Shown in pieces: positions 1-9,769 of a stretch of DNA of 64,000 nucleotides. The stretch is from Candidatus Bathyarchaeota archaeon (lineage in GTDB: Archaea > Thermoproteota > Bathyarchaeia > Bathyarchaeales > Bathycorpusculaceae). Position 1 is the stretch's first letter, and every line of letters begins with the position of its first letter. The notes below the pieces were generated by a model. That model saw only the letters and a list, made by a program, of their open reading frames with translations. It was not told the origin of the DNA and did no database searches. The stretch lies in assembly GCA_963775465.1 (NCBI GenBank), contig CAVZIW010000010.1, forward strand, positions 32,001 to 96,000, given 5' to 3'. A program made the translations under genes and the position numbers.

Positions 1-1
1 G

Positions 2-556
2 GCAGGAACTGAAAAAGGCGGTTTTGTCTACACGTACTTCTCAGCTCCATTTTGTCAAGTTTGTCCGATGAAGCCTCTTTGTATACTCTCGGAAACAAGT
101 GTTGGTTTAATGAGGCCAGAATGGATAGTTCAAAACACAACAGGGCAGTTCTGGCAGTTAGGGTATTTCATAACTTCGACTAATTTGATCATTTTTGGTT
201 TGGTTACATTGGCGGCTTTCTTTTTTAGGCGTTCATGGTGCCGCATCTGCCCGCTTGGAGCTTTGCTCGCACTCTTTAACCGTTTTGCTCCCTTTCGATG
301 GATTAGCGGGGTTCGCCTCAATAAGGTTGAGGAGAAATGCACTAAGTGTGGAATCTGTAAACGGGTTTGCCCAACTCAAGTAAAAGAAGTCTATGAACAA
401 AAGAGCGGTGATGTCGCGAGTTCACAATGTATTTATTGTTTGCGTTGTGTGGAGATGTGCCCTAGCGAAGATTGTTTGCAGTTTAAGTTTGCTGGAAAAA
501 CGGTTTGTAAGTCTAGGAATTGGTTAATTAAATCGGATACGATTATTGGAGAATAA
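2..556 (+). CDS. Membrane 4Fe-4S protein (NapH/MauN-like), 5'-truncated by the window edge
   Basis: Frame is open from base 2 (APFCQVCPMKP). Contains WCRICPLG and two CxxCxxCxxxCP ferredoxin motifs. Confidence 0.8.
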   Translation, partial: AGTEKGGFVYTYFSAPFCQVCPMKPLCILSETSVGLMRPEWIVQNTTGQFWQLGYFITSTNLIIFGLVTLAAFFFRRSWCRICPLGALLALFNRFAPFRWISGVRLNKVEEKCTKCGICKRVCPTQVKEVYEQKSGDVASSQCIYCLRCVEMCPSEDCLQFKFAGKTVCKSRNWLIKSDTIIGE

Positions 557-1497
557 TGAGATTGAAAAGTACATCTAAAAAAACGATATTTTTTGTGATC
601 ATGTTAGCTTTTTATTTGTCGCTCCTGGTTACTATTGAGCCCGTTAGTTCACAACCTCCCTTACCAACAATTCTTATCCAACCTGACGGCACTGTTTCTC
701 CCCCGTCAGCGCCTATAATCCAGAAAGGTAACACCTACACTTTTACTGATAATATCTATTCTACTCTAAAGATTCAAAAAAGCAATATAGTGCTTGATGG
801 TGCAGGGTACACGCTTTATGGTTCATACAACGGAACAGCGATGGATGTGTGGGTATTAGGTGAAGGGCCAGATCAGTTACCTCAAGGTATCTTGGCGCAA
901 TATACGATTGGCATAGATTTAGCAAGCAGAACCGTGGAAGGAGTTTCAATCAGCAATCTGAATATACGCAATTTCAGTATTGGTATGTACATCTGGACCA
1001 AAAACAACACAATAACAGGAAATGCTGTTTACAACAACATCGTGGGCATACTGCTTTCCGGCGAAAATGAAACCGTCACTCAAAACTATATTTCTCAAAA
1101 CCAAAGGGGGCTATTCTTTGGTTTTAACAATCAAGGTGACACAATACCCCAAGACATTGAAATCAACCATAACGACTTTGAAAACAACGTGATCCAACTT
1201 AATGGCTGCGAATGCAAAGATTTCAACACAACTGAACCACCACACTGCTGGGACAACGGTAGAGAAGGCAATTTTTGGAGTGATTATAACGGAACTGATG
1301 CAAACAATGACGGCATAGGTGATACACCATACGTAATTGATCTCTTAAATCTAGATCGCTATCCCCTCATGCAAAGTCCCATTCAACCGGACTCTCCGAC
1401 ATTAATCTCCTTTGAGACGATAGGTTTGGGCGTTTTAGCGGCTGTTGTATTGGTTGCTGTGTCTTTAATCGTTTGGAACAGACGTAAAAGAATGTAG
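556..1497 (+). CDS. Secreted, membrane-anchored NosD/CASH right-handed beta-helix protein
   Basis: Signal peptide, N-x-I-x-x-N repeats, GNFWSDYNGTDxNxDGIGDTPY motif and a C-terminal TM helix with a basic tail. Confidence 0.8.
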   Translation: MRLKSTSKKTIFFVIMLAFYLSLLVTIEPVSSQPPLPTILIQPDGTVSPPSAPIIQKGNTYTFTDNIYSTLKIQKSNIVLDGAGYTLYGSYNGTAMDVWVLGEGPDQLPQGILAQYTIGIDLASRTVEGVSISNLNIRNFSIGMYIWTKNNTITGNAVYNNIVGILLSGENETVTQNYISQNQRGLFFGFNNQGDTIPQDIEINHNDFENNVIQLNGCECKDFNTTEPPHCWDNGREGNFWSDYNGTDANNDGIGDTPYVIDLLNLDRYPLMQSPIQPDSPTLISFETIGLGVLAAVVLVAVSLIVWNRRKRM

Positions 1498-1554
1498 TTT
1501 GTTTCCAGTATTCTTTTATTCTGTTTTTGAAATTATGTTTCGAAGGTTTGTTAA

Positions 1555-2148
1555 ATGAAGGTTGTTGCTTTTAATGGGAGCGCTCGAAAAGACGGAAACA
1601 CTGCTGCTTTAATTCAGCGCATTTTCAAAATTCTAGAGGCAGAAGACATCGAAACTGAATTCGTTCAGCTTGCAGGCCAGCAAATTCACGGTTGCACTGC
1701 ATGTGGAACCTGCCGCAAGCTTAAAAACAAAGAATGCAAGATCGTAAATGACAATGTTAACTTGTATATACAAAAAATGGTTGAGGCCGACGGCATTATT
1801 CTTGGTTCACCCACCTATTTTTCCATGATGAGTAGCGAAATGAAAGCATTAATTGACCGAGCAGGTTTTGTGGGAAGATCGAACGATGATTTGTTTAAAC
1901 GCAAAGTAGGCGCAGCTGTAGTTGCTGTACGTAGGGCAGGAGGTATTCCAACCTTTGACGCTATAAACCACTTCTTTCTTATCAGTCAAATGATTGTTCC
2001 TGGTTCCTCTTACTGGAATGTCGGAGTAGGTTTGAGCAAAGGGGACGTCGAAAAAGATGAGGAAGGCATGAAAACTATGGAAGATTTAGGCAGAAACATG
2101 GCTTGGTTGCTCAGAAAGTTGAATTCGTCTGAACATAAAGAGCTTTAA
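1555..2148 (+). CDS. Iron-sulfur flavoprotein / NADPH-dependent FMN reductase family
   Basis: GSARKDGNT, CxxCxxC-x-C and GSPTYF motifs. Confidence 0.85.
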   Translation: MKVVAFNGSARKDGNTAALIQRIFKILEAEDIETEFVQLAGQQIHGCTACGTCRKLKNKECKIVNDNVNLYIQKMVEADGIILGSPTYFSMMSSEMKALIDRAGFVGRSNDDLFKRKVGAAVVAVRRAGGIPTFDAINHFFLISQMIVPGSSYWNVGVGLSKGDVEKDEEGMKTMEDLGRNMAWLLRKLNSSEHKEL

Positions 2149-2178
2149 ATCCCAAACCTCCCCTATATATCTTGAAAG

Positions 2179-2514
2179 GTGACTTTGATGGTAAAGAAAG
2201 GATCCGAAGAATCTCATGATGCTTGCGTTTTGGCGATTGCGGAAGAACTAAAAAAAGATAAATGGGAAGTCAAAGCCAACTTGGAAGGTTGGAATAAACC
2301 TGAAAAAGTTGGTCCGATGGTTCCTGACGTGGTCGCGCAGAAGAAGGGTTGTTTGACAAGACTATGTCAAGTGGCAACTGAAGAAATGTTCCAAGGGGAC
2401 AAGGCACGTTATGTGGAATTCAAGAATTACTGTGATGAGTATGATTACAAGTTTTTCATTGTTAAGGATGGAAAACGCCAAGAGATTGACCCCAGAAGTT
2501 TAGTAAAAAAATAG
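2179..2514 (+). CDS. Hypothetical protein, degenerate PD-(D/E)XK-like fold
   Basis: ORF containing VPDVVAQK...LCQVAT. Confidence 0.55.
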   Translation: MTLMVKKGSEESHDACVLAIAEELKKDKWEVKANLEGWNKPEKVGPMVPDVVAQKKGCLTRLCQVATEEMFQGDKARYVEFKNYCDEYDYKFFIVKDGKRQEIDPRSLVKK

Positions 2515-2660
2515 CTGAAAAGGAAAATCGGTTATATCAGGTGATTGAAAACATACAGATTGCCTAGAGCTAAAGGTTGCTTGTAAGTTGGAGCTAAGTT
2601 GTGTTAATTAGAAAAATAGTTTTTTTAATTTTAATTTTCGAGGAAAAAACCTAAGTAACT

Positions 2661-2692
2661 AATACTTGAATCTTAAAGTCAAGTATTTTTTT
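2661..2692. terminator. Inverted repeat followed by a T-tract
   Basis: AATACTTGA-N9-TCAAGTATT, then a T run, between convergent ORFs. Confidence 0.4.
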
Positions 2693-2780
2693 ATCGTGAT
2701 TGTTTTTTTGCTGCTGCAAGTCCGATTGGGCATTTTCTGTATCTGGGTACTTCGAACTCGAAGAGAGAAGTTTTCTTCAT
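2691..2780 (-). CDS. Putative 29-aa basic small protein
   Basis: Hand-translated MKKTSLFEFEVPRYRKCPIGLAAAKKQSR. A TTTTAAATA TATA-like box lies upstream on the minus strand. Confidence 0.35.
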   Translation of the reverse strand: MKKTSLFEFEVPRYRKCPIGLAAAKKQSR

Positions 2781-2885
2781 TTTAGTTCGTCGTTGATTTG
2801 TGTACTTTTTATTTAAAACGTTTTCGCTCTAAATGTAGTGTTTTTCTCATTAAACAGACGCTATAAGAGATTTGCGTCTACTTTG

Positions 2886-3515
2886 TTAATAGAAGCATTG
2901 AATGTATTCTCGAACTTTGAATTTCACACCTAAATTATTTGCGAGCGCTTGCACTTTGGCTAAATTGACTTCCGGTAAACGAACAGCTGTTGCCTCAACT
3001 TCAAGCAACTTTTTGGTTCTGCAAATAAAATCGAGTAGGGCTTCATAGGCTTCTGGAAAATTTGGCTTGCAGATTTCCATGTATTTTTCTTTGGTTTCTG
3101 CGTTTAAGCTAACGCTTACTTTTTCGATTCCTGTATTCTTCATTTCCGCGGCGACATCTCTTCCTGGATTGAGGAGGTAACCATGTCCATTTGTATCTAC
3201 TCGCATTTTTAGTGGCCTACCATAATATTGTCTAACCCATTTGGCGACTTCAAGCAATGCATCCAATCGCTCTGTTGGCTCGCCAAAACCGCAAAAGACT
3301 AATTCATCCCAGTTTCGCAAATGCAAAACCTCGGATAATTCGGTTTTAATTTCTTTGACGGTGGGCTCTTCTTTGAGTTTTAGGTTGAATCCTCCAACCC
3401 CGCGTTTGTATTTGCGTATGCAGAAGTAGCAGCAATTGGAGCATTGGTTTGTTATGTTGAGATAAAGCGTGTTGTCTAGCCAATACACCGTTTTAGGTCT
3501 GTCGTTCTCAACCAT
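2886..3515 (-). CDS. TatD-associated radical SAM protein
   Basis: LYLNITNQCSNCCYFC, VFCGFGEPT and DTNGHG motifs. Confidence 0.85.
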   Translation of the reverse strand: MVENDRPKTVYWLDNTLYLNITNQCSNCCYFCIRKYKRGVGGFNLKLKEEPTVKEIKTELSEVLHLRNWDELVFCGFGEPTERLDALLEVAKWVRQYYGRPLKMRVDTNGHGYLLNPGRDVAAEMKNTGIEKVSVSLNAETKEKYMEICKPNFPEAYEALLDFICRTKKLLEVEATAVRLPEVNLAKVQALANNLGVKFKVREYIQCFY

Positions 3516-3677
3516 ATTTTGTTTTCACTGCCAACAATTTTTCAATGAAAACTACGCTCTTATACCCTATAGATGTACCTCTCTTTGAGATTTTATCTTC
3601 AGACAGGTGGATTTATTTCAGGTTTTGCGAATACTTTTTGTCTACCAGAAGGCAATAGTAAGAGATGTGAACGTTCG

Positions 3678-4550
3678 GTGTCTCTTATTTCAAGCTTTGA
3701 TCCATGGCGTTCTGGCCTTTGCACTTGCCCACCTAAGCTTACTTTTAACCCTTACACTGGATGCGACCATCAATGCCTCTACTGTTACGCTTCAAGTTAC
3801 ATCTCCAACTTTAAAGATTGCCACCCAAAAAAAGACTTAATCGCAAGATTAAGGCGGGAAGCGGCAAAGCTTAGTGGCCAAACAATATCTATTGCCAACT
3901 CTTCTGACCCTTATCCGCGAAAAGAAGCCTCTGAATGCTTAACTAGGCGGTGTCTTGAGGTGTTAGCGGGTTGCAACTGTAAAATCCAAATCATAACAAA
4001 AAGCAACATAGTTGCTCGAGATGACGACCTCTTGAGCAAGATTCCCGCAACAGTTGCTTTAACAATAACAACGGATAACGAATTTTTAGCTAGCATTATT
4101 GAGCCAAATGCGCCAAAACCTTTTCAGCGAATTAGAGCTGCTCAGGACTTAATCGAGGTAGGTGTTCCTGTTTCTGTTCGCATCGACCCAATCATCCCCA
4201 ACATAAATGACCAACCCCAAAAACTTATAAAAACTCTTGCAAACATCGGGGTTAAGCATATAACCTGTTCGACTTACAAAGCAAAATCTGACAACTGGAA
4301 ACGTCTGAATGATGCATTGCCTAAAGTAATGGAACAGCTTAAACCGCTGTATTTTCAAGAAGGAGAAAAAATCGGCGGAAGTGCACTCTTGCCCAAAAAT
4401 TATCGCTTCAAACTCCTTAAAAACGTGAGGGAGCAGGTTTTAGCGATGGGGCTACAGTTTGGGGTGTGCAGAGAAGGGATGACCGAGCTGAACACCGCGG
4501 TATGTGATGGGTCATGGCTTTTGCCCAAAACAAAAGGAGGCTTTGTTTAA
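3678..4550 (+). CDS. SPL-like (spore photoproduct lyase family) radical SAM protein
   Basis: NPYTGCDHQCLYCYA, SSDPYP, ITKS and RIDPIIP motifs. Likely GTG start at 3678 (the ORF is open from 3573). Confidence 0.8.
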   Translation: MSLISSFDPWRSGLCTCPPKLTFNPYTGCDHQCLYCYASSYISNFKDCHPKKDLIARLRREAAKLSGQTISIANSSDPYPRKEASECLTRRCLEVLAGCNCKIQIITKSNIVARDDDLLSKIPATVALTITTDNEFLASIIEPNAPKPFQRIRAAQDLIEVGVPVSVRIDPIIPNINDQPQKLIKTLANIGVKHITCSTYKAKSDNWKRLNDALPKVMEQLKPLYFQEGEKIGGSALLPKNYRFKLLKNVREQVLAMGLQFGVCREGMTELNTAVCDGSWLLPKTKGGFV

Positions 4551-5653
4551 TGCAGAATCGTGTGATTATGCTGGCGGATTTTGATTATTTTTTTGCCCAA
4601 TGTGAGGAACTTCGTGACCCTTCAATTAAAGATAAGCCTGTGGTTGTGGGAGTTTATTCTGGCCGTACTGAGGATAGCGGGGCGGTGTCTACTAGTAATT
4701 ATATTGCTCGCGAATTTGGTGTGAAGTCCGGTTTGCCTTTATTTATGGCTAAACGTAAATTGGAGGGTACGGATGCTGTTTTCTTCAAGGTTGACCATAA
4801 ATATTATGACCAAATCAGTGATCGAATAATGCAGATTTTCCGAACATATGCTAGTAGCCTTGAGCAGGTCAGTGTGGACGAAGCTTATTTGGACGTTACT
4901 GAGGAGGTTGATGGAAGCTTTGAAAAAGCTATGGAGTACGCCCAGACGATCAAGGCAGATGTAAAAGTTCAAGTTGGCATTTCTTTTTCTATCGGTGTTG
5001 GTCCGAACAAACTTCTTGCCAAAATTGCTTGCGACAGCCAAAAACCTGACGGTTTAACTATTGTGAAACCTGAAGATGCGGAATCTTTTCTTGCGCCCCT
5101 TTCAGTTGATTGCCTTTTAGGTGTCGGTAAAAAAACCAACAAGCGTATGGAGCAGATGGGCATTAGAACTATCGGTGATCTTGCCAAGTACGATTGCCAG
5201 AGGCTGATTGAAGTTTTCGGCAAAACTGTGGGAATATACTTTCATAATGCAGCTAATGGTATAGATAACGAACCCGTTATGGAACAGGGTGATGCCGGAT
5301 CCATCAGCCGTATAGGTACTCTAAAGCAGGATACGCGAGACCTGGATTTTATTTTGCAGAAAACCGATGAACTAATCGAAGATATCCACAAGGACGTTTC
5401 GGCTAAGAAGTTGAGTTTCAAAACTGTGTCAATCTACATGGTAATGGTGGATTTAAGCAGTAAAACACGTTCTGTAACATTAGATCAACCTGTAAAAGAT
5501 AAGGAGACAATTAAACGAAATACCCGCAGCTTGTTTGAGAAGTTTCTGGGAGAATCTACTCTTGAAATCCGAAGAGTCGGTGTGAAAGTTTCAGGGTTTA
5601 GCAAAGAAGAGCCTAATCAGAGGCAGTTAACAACCTTTTTCCAGAGTACATGA
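4550..5653 (+). CDS. dinB: Y-family DNA polymerase IV (Dpo4/Dbh)
   Basis: DFDYFFAQ, NYIAREFGV, SVDEAYLD and KPDG motifs, with a C-terminal PIP-box-like QRQLTTFF. The ATG overlaps the upstream stop (TAATG). Confidence 0.95.
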   Translation: MQNRVIMLADFDYFFAQCEELRDPSIKDKPVVVGVYSGRTEDSGAVSTSNYIAREFGVKSGLPLFMAKRKLEGTDAVFFKVDHKYYDQISDRIMQIFRTYASSLEQVSVDEAYLDVTEEVDGSFEKAMEYAQTIKADVKVQVGISFSIGVGPNKLLAKIACDSQKPDGLTIVKPEDAESFLAPLSVDCLLGVGKKTNKRMEQMGIRTIGDLAKYDCQRLIEVFGKTVGIYFHNAANGIDNEPVMEQGDAGSISRIGTLKQDTRDLDFILQKTDELIEDIHKDVSAKKLSFKTVSIYMVMVDLSSKTRSVTLDQPVKDKETIKRNTRSLFEKFLGESTLEIRRVGVKVSGFSKEEPNQRQLTTFFQST

Positions 5654-5774
5654 ATTTTTTTGCCTGATTGCTGCAAATTGATGGTTTCTAAATTGGGTTA
5701 CATCAGCACTTTCTTTGAACCCGTGACGGTAACCTTTTTTTCCAGGAAATATTGATACTATTTAGTGATTCTTT

Positions 5775-6362
5775 TTGTCTTCTCCTAAAAAAATGTTGCC
5801 GCCTGATCAAACCGCTACAGCCCGTATCTTGCGTTGGGGGAGTGATCATCCAGGAATAACTTCAGTTAACCCTCAACTGAAAAGAGAAAAGTACACGTTG
5901 ACTATCGACGGTGAAGTTGATAAGCCTGTTACACTTAGCTGGATTGATTTTTTGGCGTTACCCAAAACAGTTTCTATTAGTGATTTTCACTGTGTAGAGG
6001 GATGGAGCGTTTTGGATTGTAGCTGGGAGGGTGTTCTAATCCGAGACATTGAAAATCTAGTCAAGCCTCGAGATGTCGCGCGCGCTGTTTCTTTTGAGTC
6101 TGCTGACAACTATCTAACGTCCCTATTCCGTGAAGAGCTAGCCGGTGATGACGTATTGTTAGCTTACAAACTTAACGGTGAATTTCTTGAAGAAGGTTTG
6201 GGGGCCCCTGTGCGTCTAATCGTGCCAGATAAGTATGCTTACAAGAGTGCCCTTTGGGTGGTGAGACTGCGGTTTACGAGAAATAAGGAGTTGGGTTTTT
6301 GGGAGCGCCGAGGTTATAGTGACAGTGCGGATGTGTGGCGAAATGACCGTTTCAGGCGCTAA
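5775..6362 (+). CDS. Molybdopterin-dependent oxidoreductase (sulfite oxidase/MsrP-like catalytic domain)
   Basis: DFHCVEGWS, GAPVRLIVP, YAYKSALWV and GFWERRGY motifs. Confidence 0.85.
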   Translation: MSSPKKMLPPDQTATARILRWGSDHPGITSVNPQLKREKYTLTIDGEVDKPVTLSWIDFLALPKTVSISDFHCVEGWSVLDCSWEGVLIRDIENLVKPRDVARAVSFESADNYLTSLFREELAGDDVLLAYKLNGEFLEEGLGAPVRLIVPDKYAYKSALWVVRLRFTRNKELGFWERRGYSDSADVWRNDRFRR

Positions 6363-6514
6363 CTTACCAAGATGTTTCTTAGAATTAGACGCTTTGCAGG
6401 ATATTTTTTTGTTATTTTCAATACTTACTGCTGATTCATAAGAGATTTTAAAGCGATGGAAAATGTTTATAAGTTAACTTTGATATCGCGTTGTCTCTTT
6501 AAGAGGTAGAAAAA

Positions 6515-6664
6515 ATGTCACAGCAAAATGATCTGAGGCGTAAAGAAGACTTTCAAGCAATCGTCGAATCATCCACTAATTTGCCGAAAGATAGTCGGAA
6601 GAATGAGTCTTCACAGAAACGTAAAGACGACGCAGAACAAGCGCTTTACCTGACTAGAATATAG
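6515..6664 (+). CDS. Putative 49-aa small protein
   Basis: Hand-translated MSQQNDLRRKEDF...ALYLTRI, with a GAGGT RBS and a TTTATAA box upstream. Confidence 0.45.
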   Translation: MSQQNDLRRKEDFQAIVESSTNLPKDSRKNESSQKRKDDAEQALYLTRI

Positions 6665-6741
6665 TCTTCAATTTTTTCTTGATGGTTGTACTCTTTTATA
6701 GTTGTGTCCCTTCGTTTAGTTGTTGCAGGAGAAGCTAAACC

Positions 6742-7185
6742 TTGAATTACACGCAAACTTCGCTAGGGAGAATTTTTGTGCTCCGGCTTCACCAGAACGA
6801 ACGTTTACACGAAATAATAGAGAGCTTCGCAAAAGAAAAACGGGTCAAAAGTGGGATGTGCTTTTTTTTGGGCGGTGCAGAAGACAAGAGTAAAGTTGTT
6901 GTTGGACCTAAAGATGGCAAAGCAACCCTTCCTGAACCTATGATTACTCTGTTAAAAGGCGTGCATGAAGGCTATGGGGTAGGCACGATATTCACTGATG
7001 AGGCAGGTGCGCCAAAGTTACATATGCATGCAAGTTTTGGCAGAAACGATAATACCGTATCTGGTTGTGTTAGGAAGGGTGTAGATGTCTGGCAAATTGG
7101 TGAAGTTGTGATTTTCGAATTTTCTGGGGGTTCAGCGAAAAGAGCAAAAAATAAGGAAACTGGTTTTGAGCTCTTGGAGTGCTAG
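6742..7185 (+). CDS. PPC/DUF296 domain protein
   Basis: GRIFVLRL and LHMHASFG (HxH) motifs. Confidence 0.8.
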   Translation: MNYTQTSLGRIFVLRLHQNERLHEIIESFAKEKRVKSGMCFFLGGAEDKSKVVVGPKDGKATLPEPMITLLKGVHEGYGVGTIFTDEAGAPKLHMHASFGRNDNTVSGCVRKGVDVWQIGEVVIFEFSGGSAKRAKNKETGFELLEC

Positions 7186-8792
7186 CCTAAGAAGCGTACT
7201 AGGAAGATTCTGTGTCCCATCCAGCCGTTGTAGTCTCCCCAGAAAGGTTGATCCTGCGGATCACCGAACCGTCCAGTATTGTAGATCATTTGTTCCACCT
7301 GGGTGTAGTCTAATGTTGAGTTAAAGAATTTTGTATTTATTCCGAAATCATAGAGAATTATGTACTTCACGTTTCGCTCCACACAAAGGTTGAGGAATTC
7401 TGTGATGTTGAAATTTGGAGTAAAAGCATCAACAGCTAAAGAGGGGTATTGCCAAATTTGGTCGCCAGACATGTTCTTAGGTAAGTAAAAGCGAAACATG
7501 TCTTGACTAAGAAGGTTAAAAGAGCAGACCAATACAGCAGATTGAGTTTGACTTAAATTTCCTGCCAAATAGCTGGCAGCCTCTTGTATTGGAATGTGAA
7601 TTTGGTCACGAACTGTCATTTGATAAGCGTCATAGCTGCTGTAAGCGACTGCAGAAGCTATAACGATTATGAAAAGGGCTGCTGCGATCTTTTTTCTCCG
7701 ATCGGAGTTTATGCCTTTTTCTTGAGGTTTCCAACTTCGAACTCTTGCGTATAGAAAAATGATAAAACAAGCAGCTGAAATGGCTAAAATTGGGAATAAA
7801 GGCGTCACATAACGCCACTGTCGGTTAGGAATCCACGTGAAAAATCCGTAAATAACCAAAAACCAGGTTAGAAGAAATATATCTTGTTTACTTCTTCTGT
7901 AAGCAAACAATCCTAATCCGCAAAGTCCCAAAATGAATATGGGCAACGAGATCGGGTGAACAGGTATGTCTTTGAATGGCCATGCCATTTCCATTAAATA
8001 ATAAATGGGGAGAGGTTGGAAACGGTTACTGTAAGCGGGGCGGTCTTGTCCACCCTCACTTATAACGTATTGAATTGTTTCAAATTTGGTTACTCCGTTG
8101 TAATGGTAAATCATGAAAAACCAAGGCATTACCACTAAAACCGCAACCAATACAATTACCAGAAGCTTTGCCAGGTTCAACGTGAGTTTCTTTCTGGAAA
8201 GGAACAGAATACTCAAGAACATCGCTATAGCCGCTACAACAATCTGGTATTTAGCGAGAATACCAATTCCCAAAGCTAAACCACTAAAAATTAGTGTCTT
8301 GTTGGAGTCTTTGGTCAACCAACTGTAAAATGTGAACATAACCAAAGTGAAGAAAAATATAAGCATGGTTTCAAGTAAGGTGACTCGCGATAACCAGAAA
8401 AAACCTGGCATAGTGCCCAGAAGAACACTTGATATTAATGCTGTTTTTGTTCCGTAGGTTTTTTTCACAAACAGGAACAACAAGCCAATTGCCAACATTG
8501 CAAATGTGGTAGCTACTAATCGCCCCGCAATTTGATCGGCTCCAAAGATTTTTAAGTACCCAGTTGTGACCAAATCAAAGATTGGTGGGTAGTACCCGTA
8601 AGTAGTCATGTAACTCCAAATTTGTCCACGTACGAGTAGTGTGCCGCCATAAAGGTGGGGCATTTCATCCCACTGAACAGACATATACCCGATTTGATAG
8701 AGAGCAGCGACAGCAAAGATAATCAAGAAAACCAGCAAAACCAATTTGTAGCGATGCTTTTTTGCGAACCCTACCTTGGTTTGTGTGGACAT
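7182..8792 (-). CDS. GT-C membrane glycosyltransferase (PMT/ArnT-like, GT39/83)
   Basis: WDEMPH, YYPP, multiple TM helices, LAKY and WRYVTP motifs. Confidence 0.8.
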   Translation of the reverse strand: MSTQTKVGFAKKHRYKLVLLVFLIIFAVAALYQIGYMSVQWDEMPHLYGGTLLVRGQIWSYMTTYGYYPPIFDLVTTGYLKIFGADQIAGRLVATTFAMLAIGLLFLFVKKTYGTKTALISSVLLGTMPGFFWLSRVTLLETMLIFFFTLVMFTFYSWLTKDSNKTLIFSGLALGIGILAKYQIVVAAIAMFLSILFLSRKKLTLNLAKLLVIVLVAVLVVMPWFFMIYHYNGVTKFETIQYVISEGGQDRPAYSNRFQPLPIYYLMEMAWPFKDIPVHPISLPIFILGLCGLGLFAYRRSKQDIFLLTWFLVIYGFFTWIPNRQWRYVTPLFPILAISAACFIIFLYARVRSWKPQEKGINSDRRKKIAAALFIIVIASAVAYSSYDAYQMTVRDQIHIPIQEAASYLAGNLSQTQSAVLVCSFNLLSQDMFRFYLPKNMSGDQIWQYPSLAVDAFTPNFNITEFLNLCVERNVKYIILYDFGINTKFFNSTLDYTQVEQMIYNTGRFGDPQDQPFWGDYNGWMGHRIFLVRFLG

Positions 8793-8978
8793 AGGGTTAA
8801 TGCTGGTGTTTTGGGATATGTTTAGCGACCCCTTTTATGGAAAGAGAATTAGTGAATCGACATCTAAAAAGACTTTGCCAAAGCTCCCAAAATGTTGTTC
8901 TTTAAAATTTGAGGGATATACGCAAGTCATTTATGGGTAAGAATAGTTTGTTTTTGCGTTCAGGAAGAGTAATACAAT

Positions 8979-9704
8979 TTGAAAAACAGCCAGCCCACCA
9001 AGGAAATTTCAATTCTGTTGCCTGCCTTTAACGAGGCCGTCCAGATTGAACGATGTATCCTTGAAGTGGAAAAAGCTGTCAAAGCGCTTTCAAAATCTTA
9101 CGAAATAATCGTGTCAGAAGACGGTAGCACAGACGGAACTGCGGAAATCGTTGAGAGAATGGCAAAAAATAACCCAAACCTTTTCCTTCTGCATTCGCCA
9201 ACGCGCCTTGGAAAAGGGAAAGGCATCAAGAACGCCCTTAGTTTCTCAAAAGGCAGAATTATAACATTCATGGACGTTGATTTAGCAACTGATCTCGATT
9301 GTTTGCCAGAACTTCTAAAGGTAGTTAAAGAAAATCGTGGAATGGCAATAGGGTCAAGACATGTTAAGGGTTCAGTTGTTCAGCGTCGATTATCCAGAAC
9401 TTTGTTTAGTTTAACCTACAACGTACTGGTTCGACTGCTGTTTTTAGACGGAATAAATGATCATCAATGTGGCTTTAAGACTATGAGTCGAGATGTTGCC
9501 GAAGTTGTATTGAGCAGTTCTAAATCTGACGGATACTTTTTTGATACAGAAATGATTGTCAGGTGCAAAAACCTTGGCTTTTCTGTTGTTGAAGTCCCTG
9601 TCAAATGGTCGGAGAGAAACAAAGGCGGCTCGAAAGTTAACCCCGCTAGAGATTCAAAAAAGATTGGCATGGACATGTTGGCTTTTAGATTTAGGCATAA
9701 ATAA
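8979..9704 (+). CDS. GT2 dolichyl-phosphate glycosyltransferase
   Basis: PAFNE, EDGSTDGT, DVDL, DHQCGFK and FDTE motifs. Confidence 0.85.
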   Translation: MKNSQPTKEISILLPAFNEAVQIERCILEVEKAVKALSKSYEIIVSEDGSTDGTAEIVERMAKNNPNLFLLHSPTRLGKGKGIKNALSFSKGRIITFMDVDLATDLDCLPELLKVVKENRGMAIGSRHVKGSVVQRRLSRTLFSLTYNVLVRLLFLDGINDHQCGFKTMSRDVAEVVLSSSKSDGYFFDTEMIVRCKNLGFSVVEVPVKWSERNKGGSKVNPARDSKKIGMDMLAFRFRHK

Positions 9705-9769
9705 TTTTTTTCATAAAGAGGAGTCATCTAATTAGGCAATTTTGAACTATTGCTCCAGGTTCTCCTGTT

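Noticed and set aside
556-1497. Nitrous oxide reduction (nos) cluster
   Set aside because: NosD-like beta-helices are generic archaeal surface domains, and no nosZ, nosF or nosY is present in the window.
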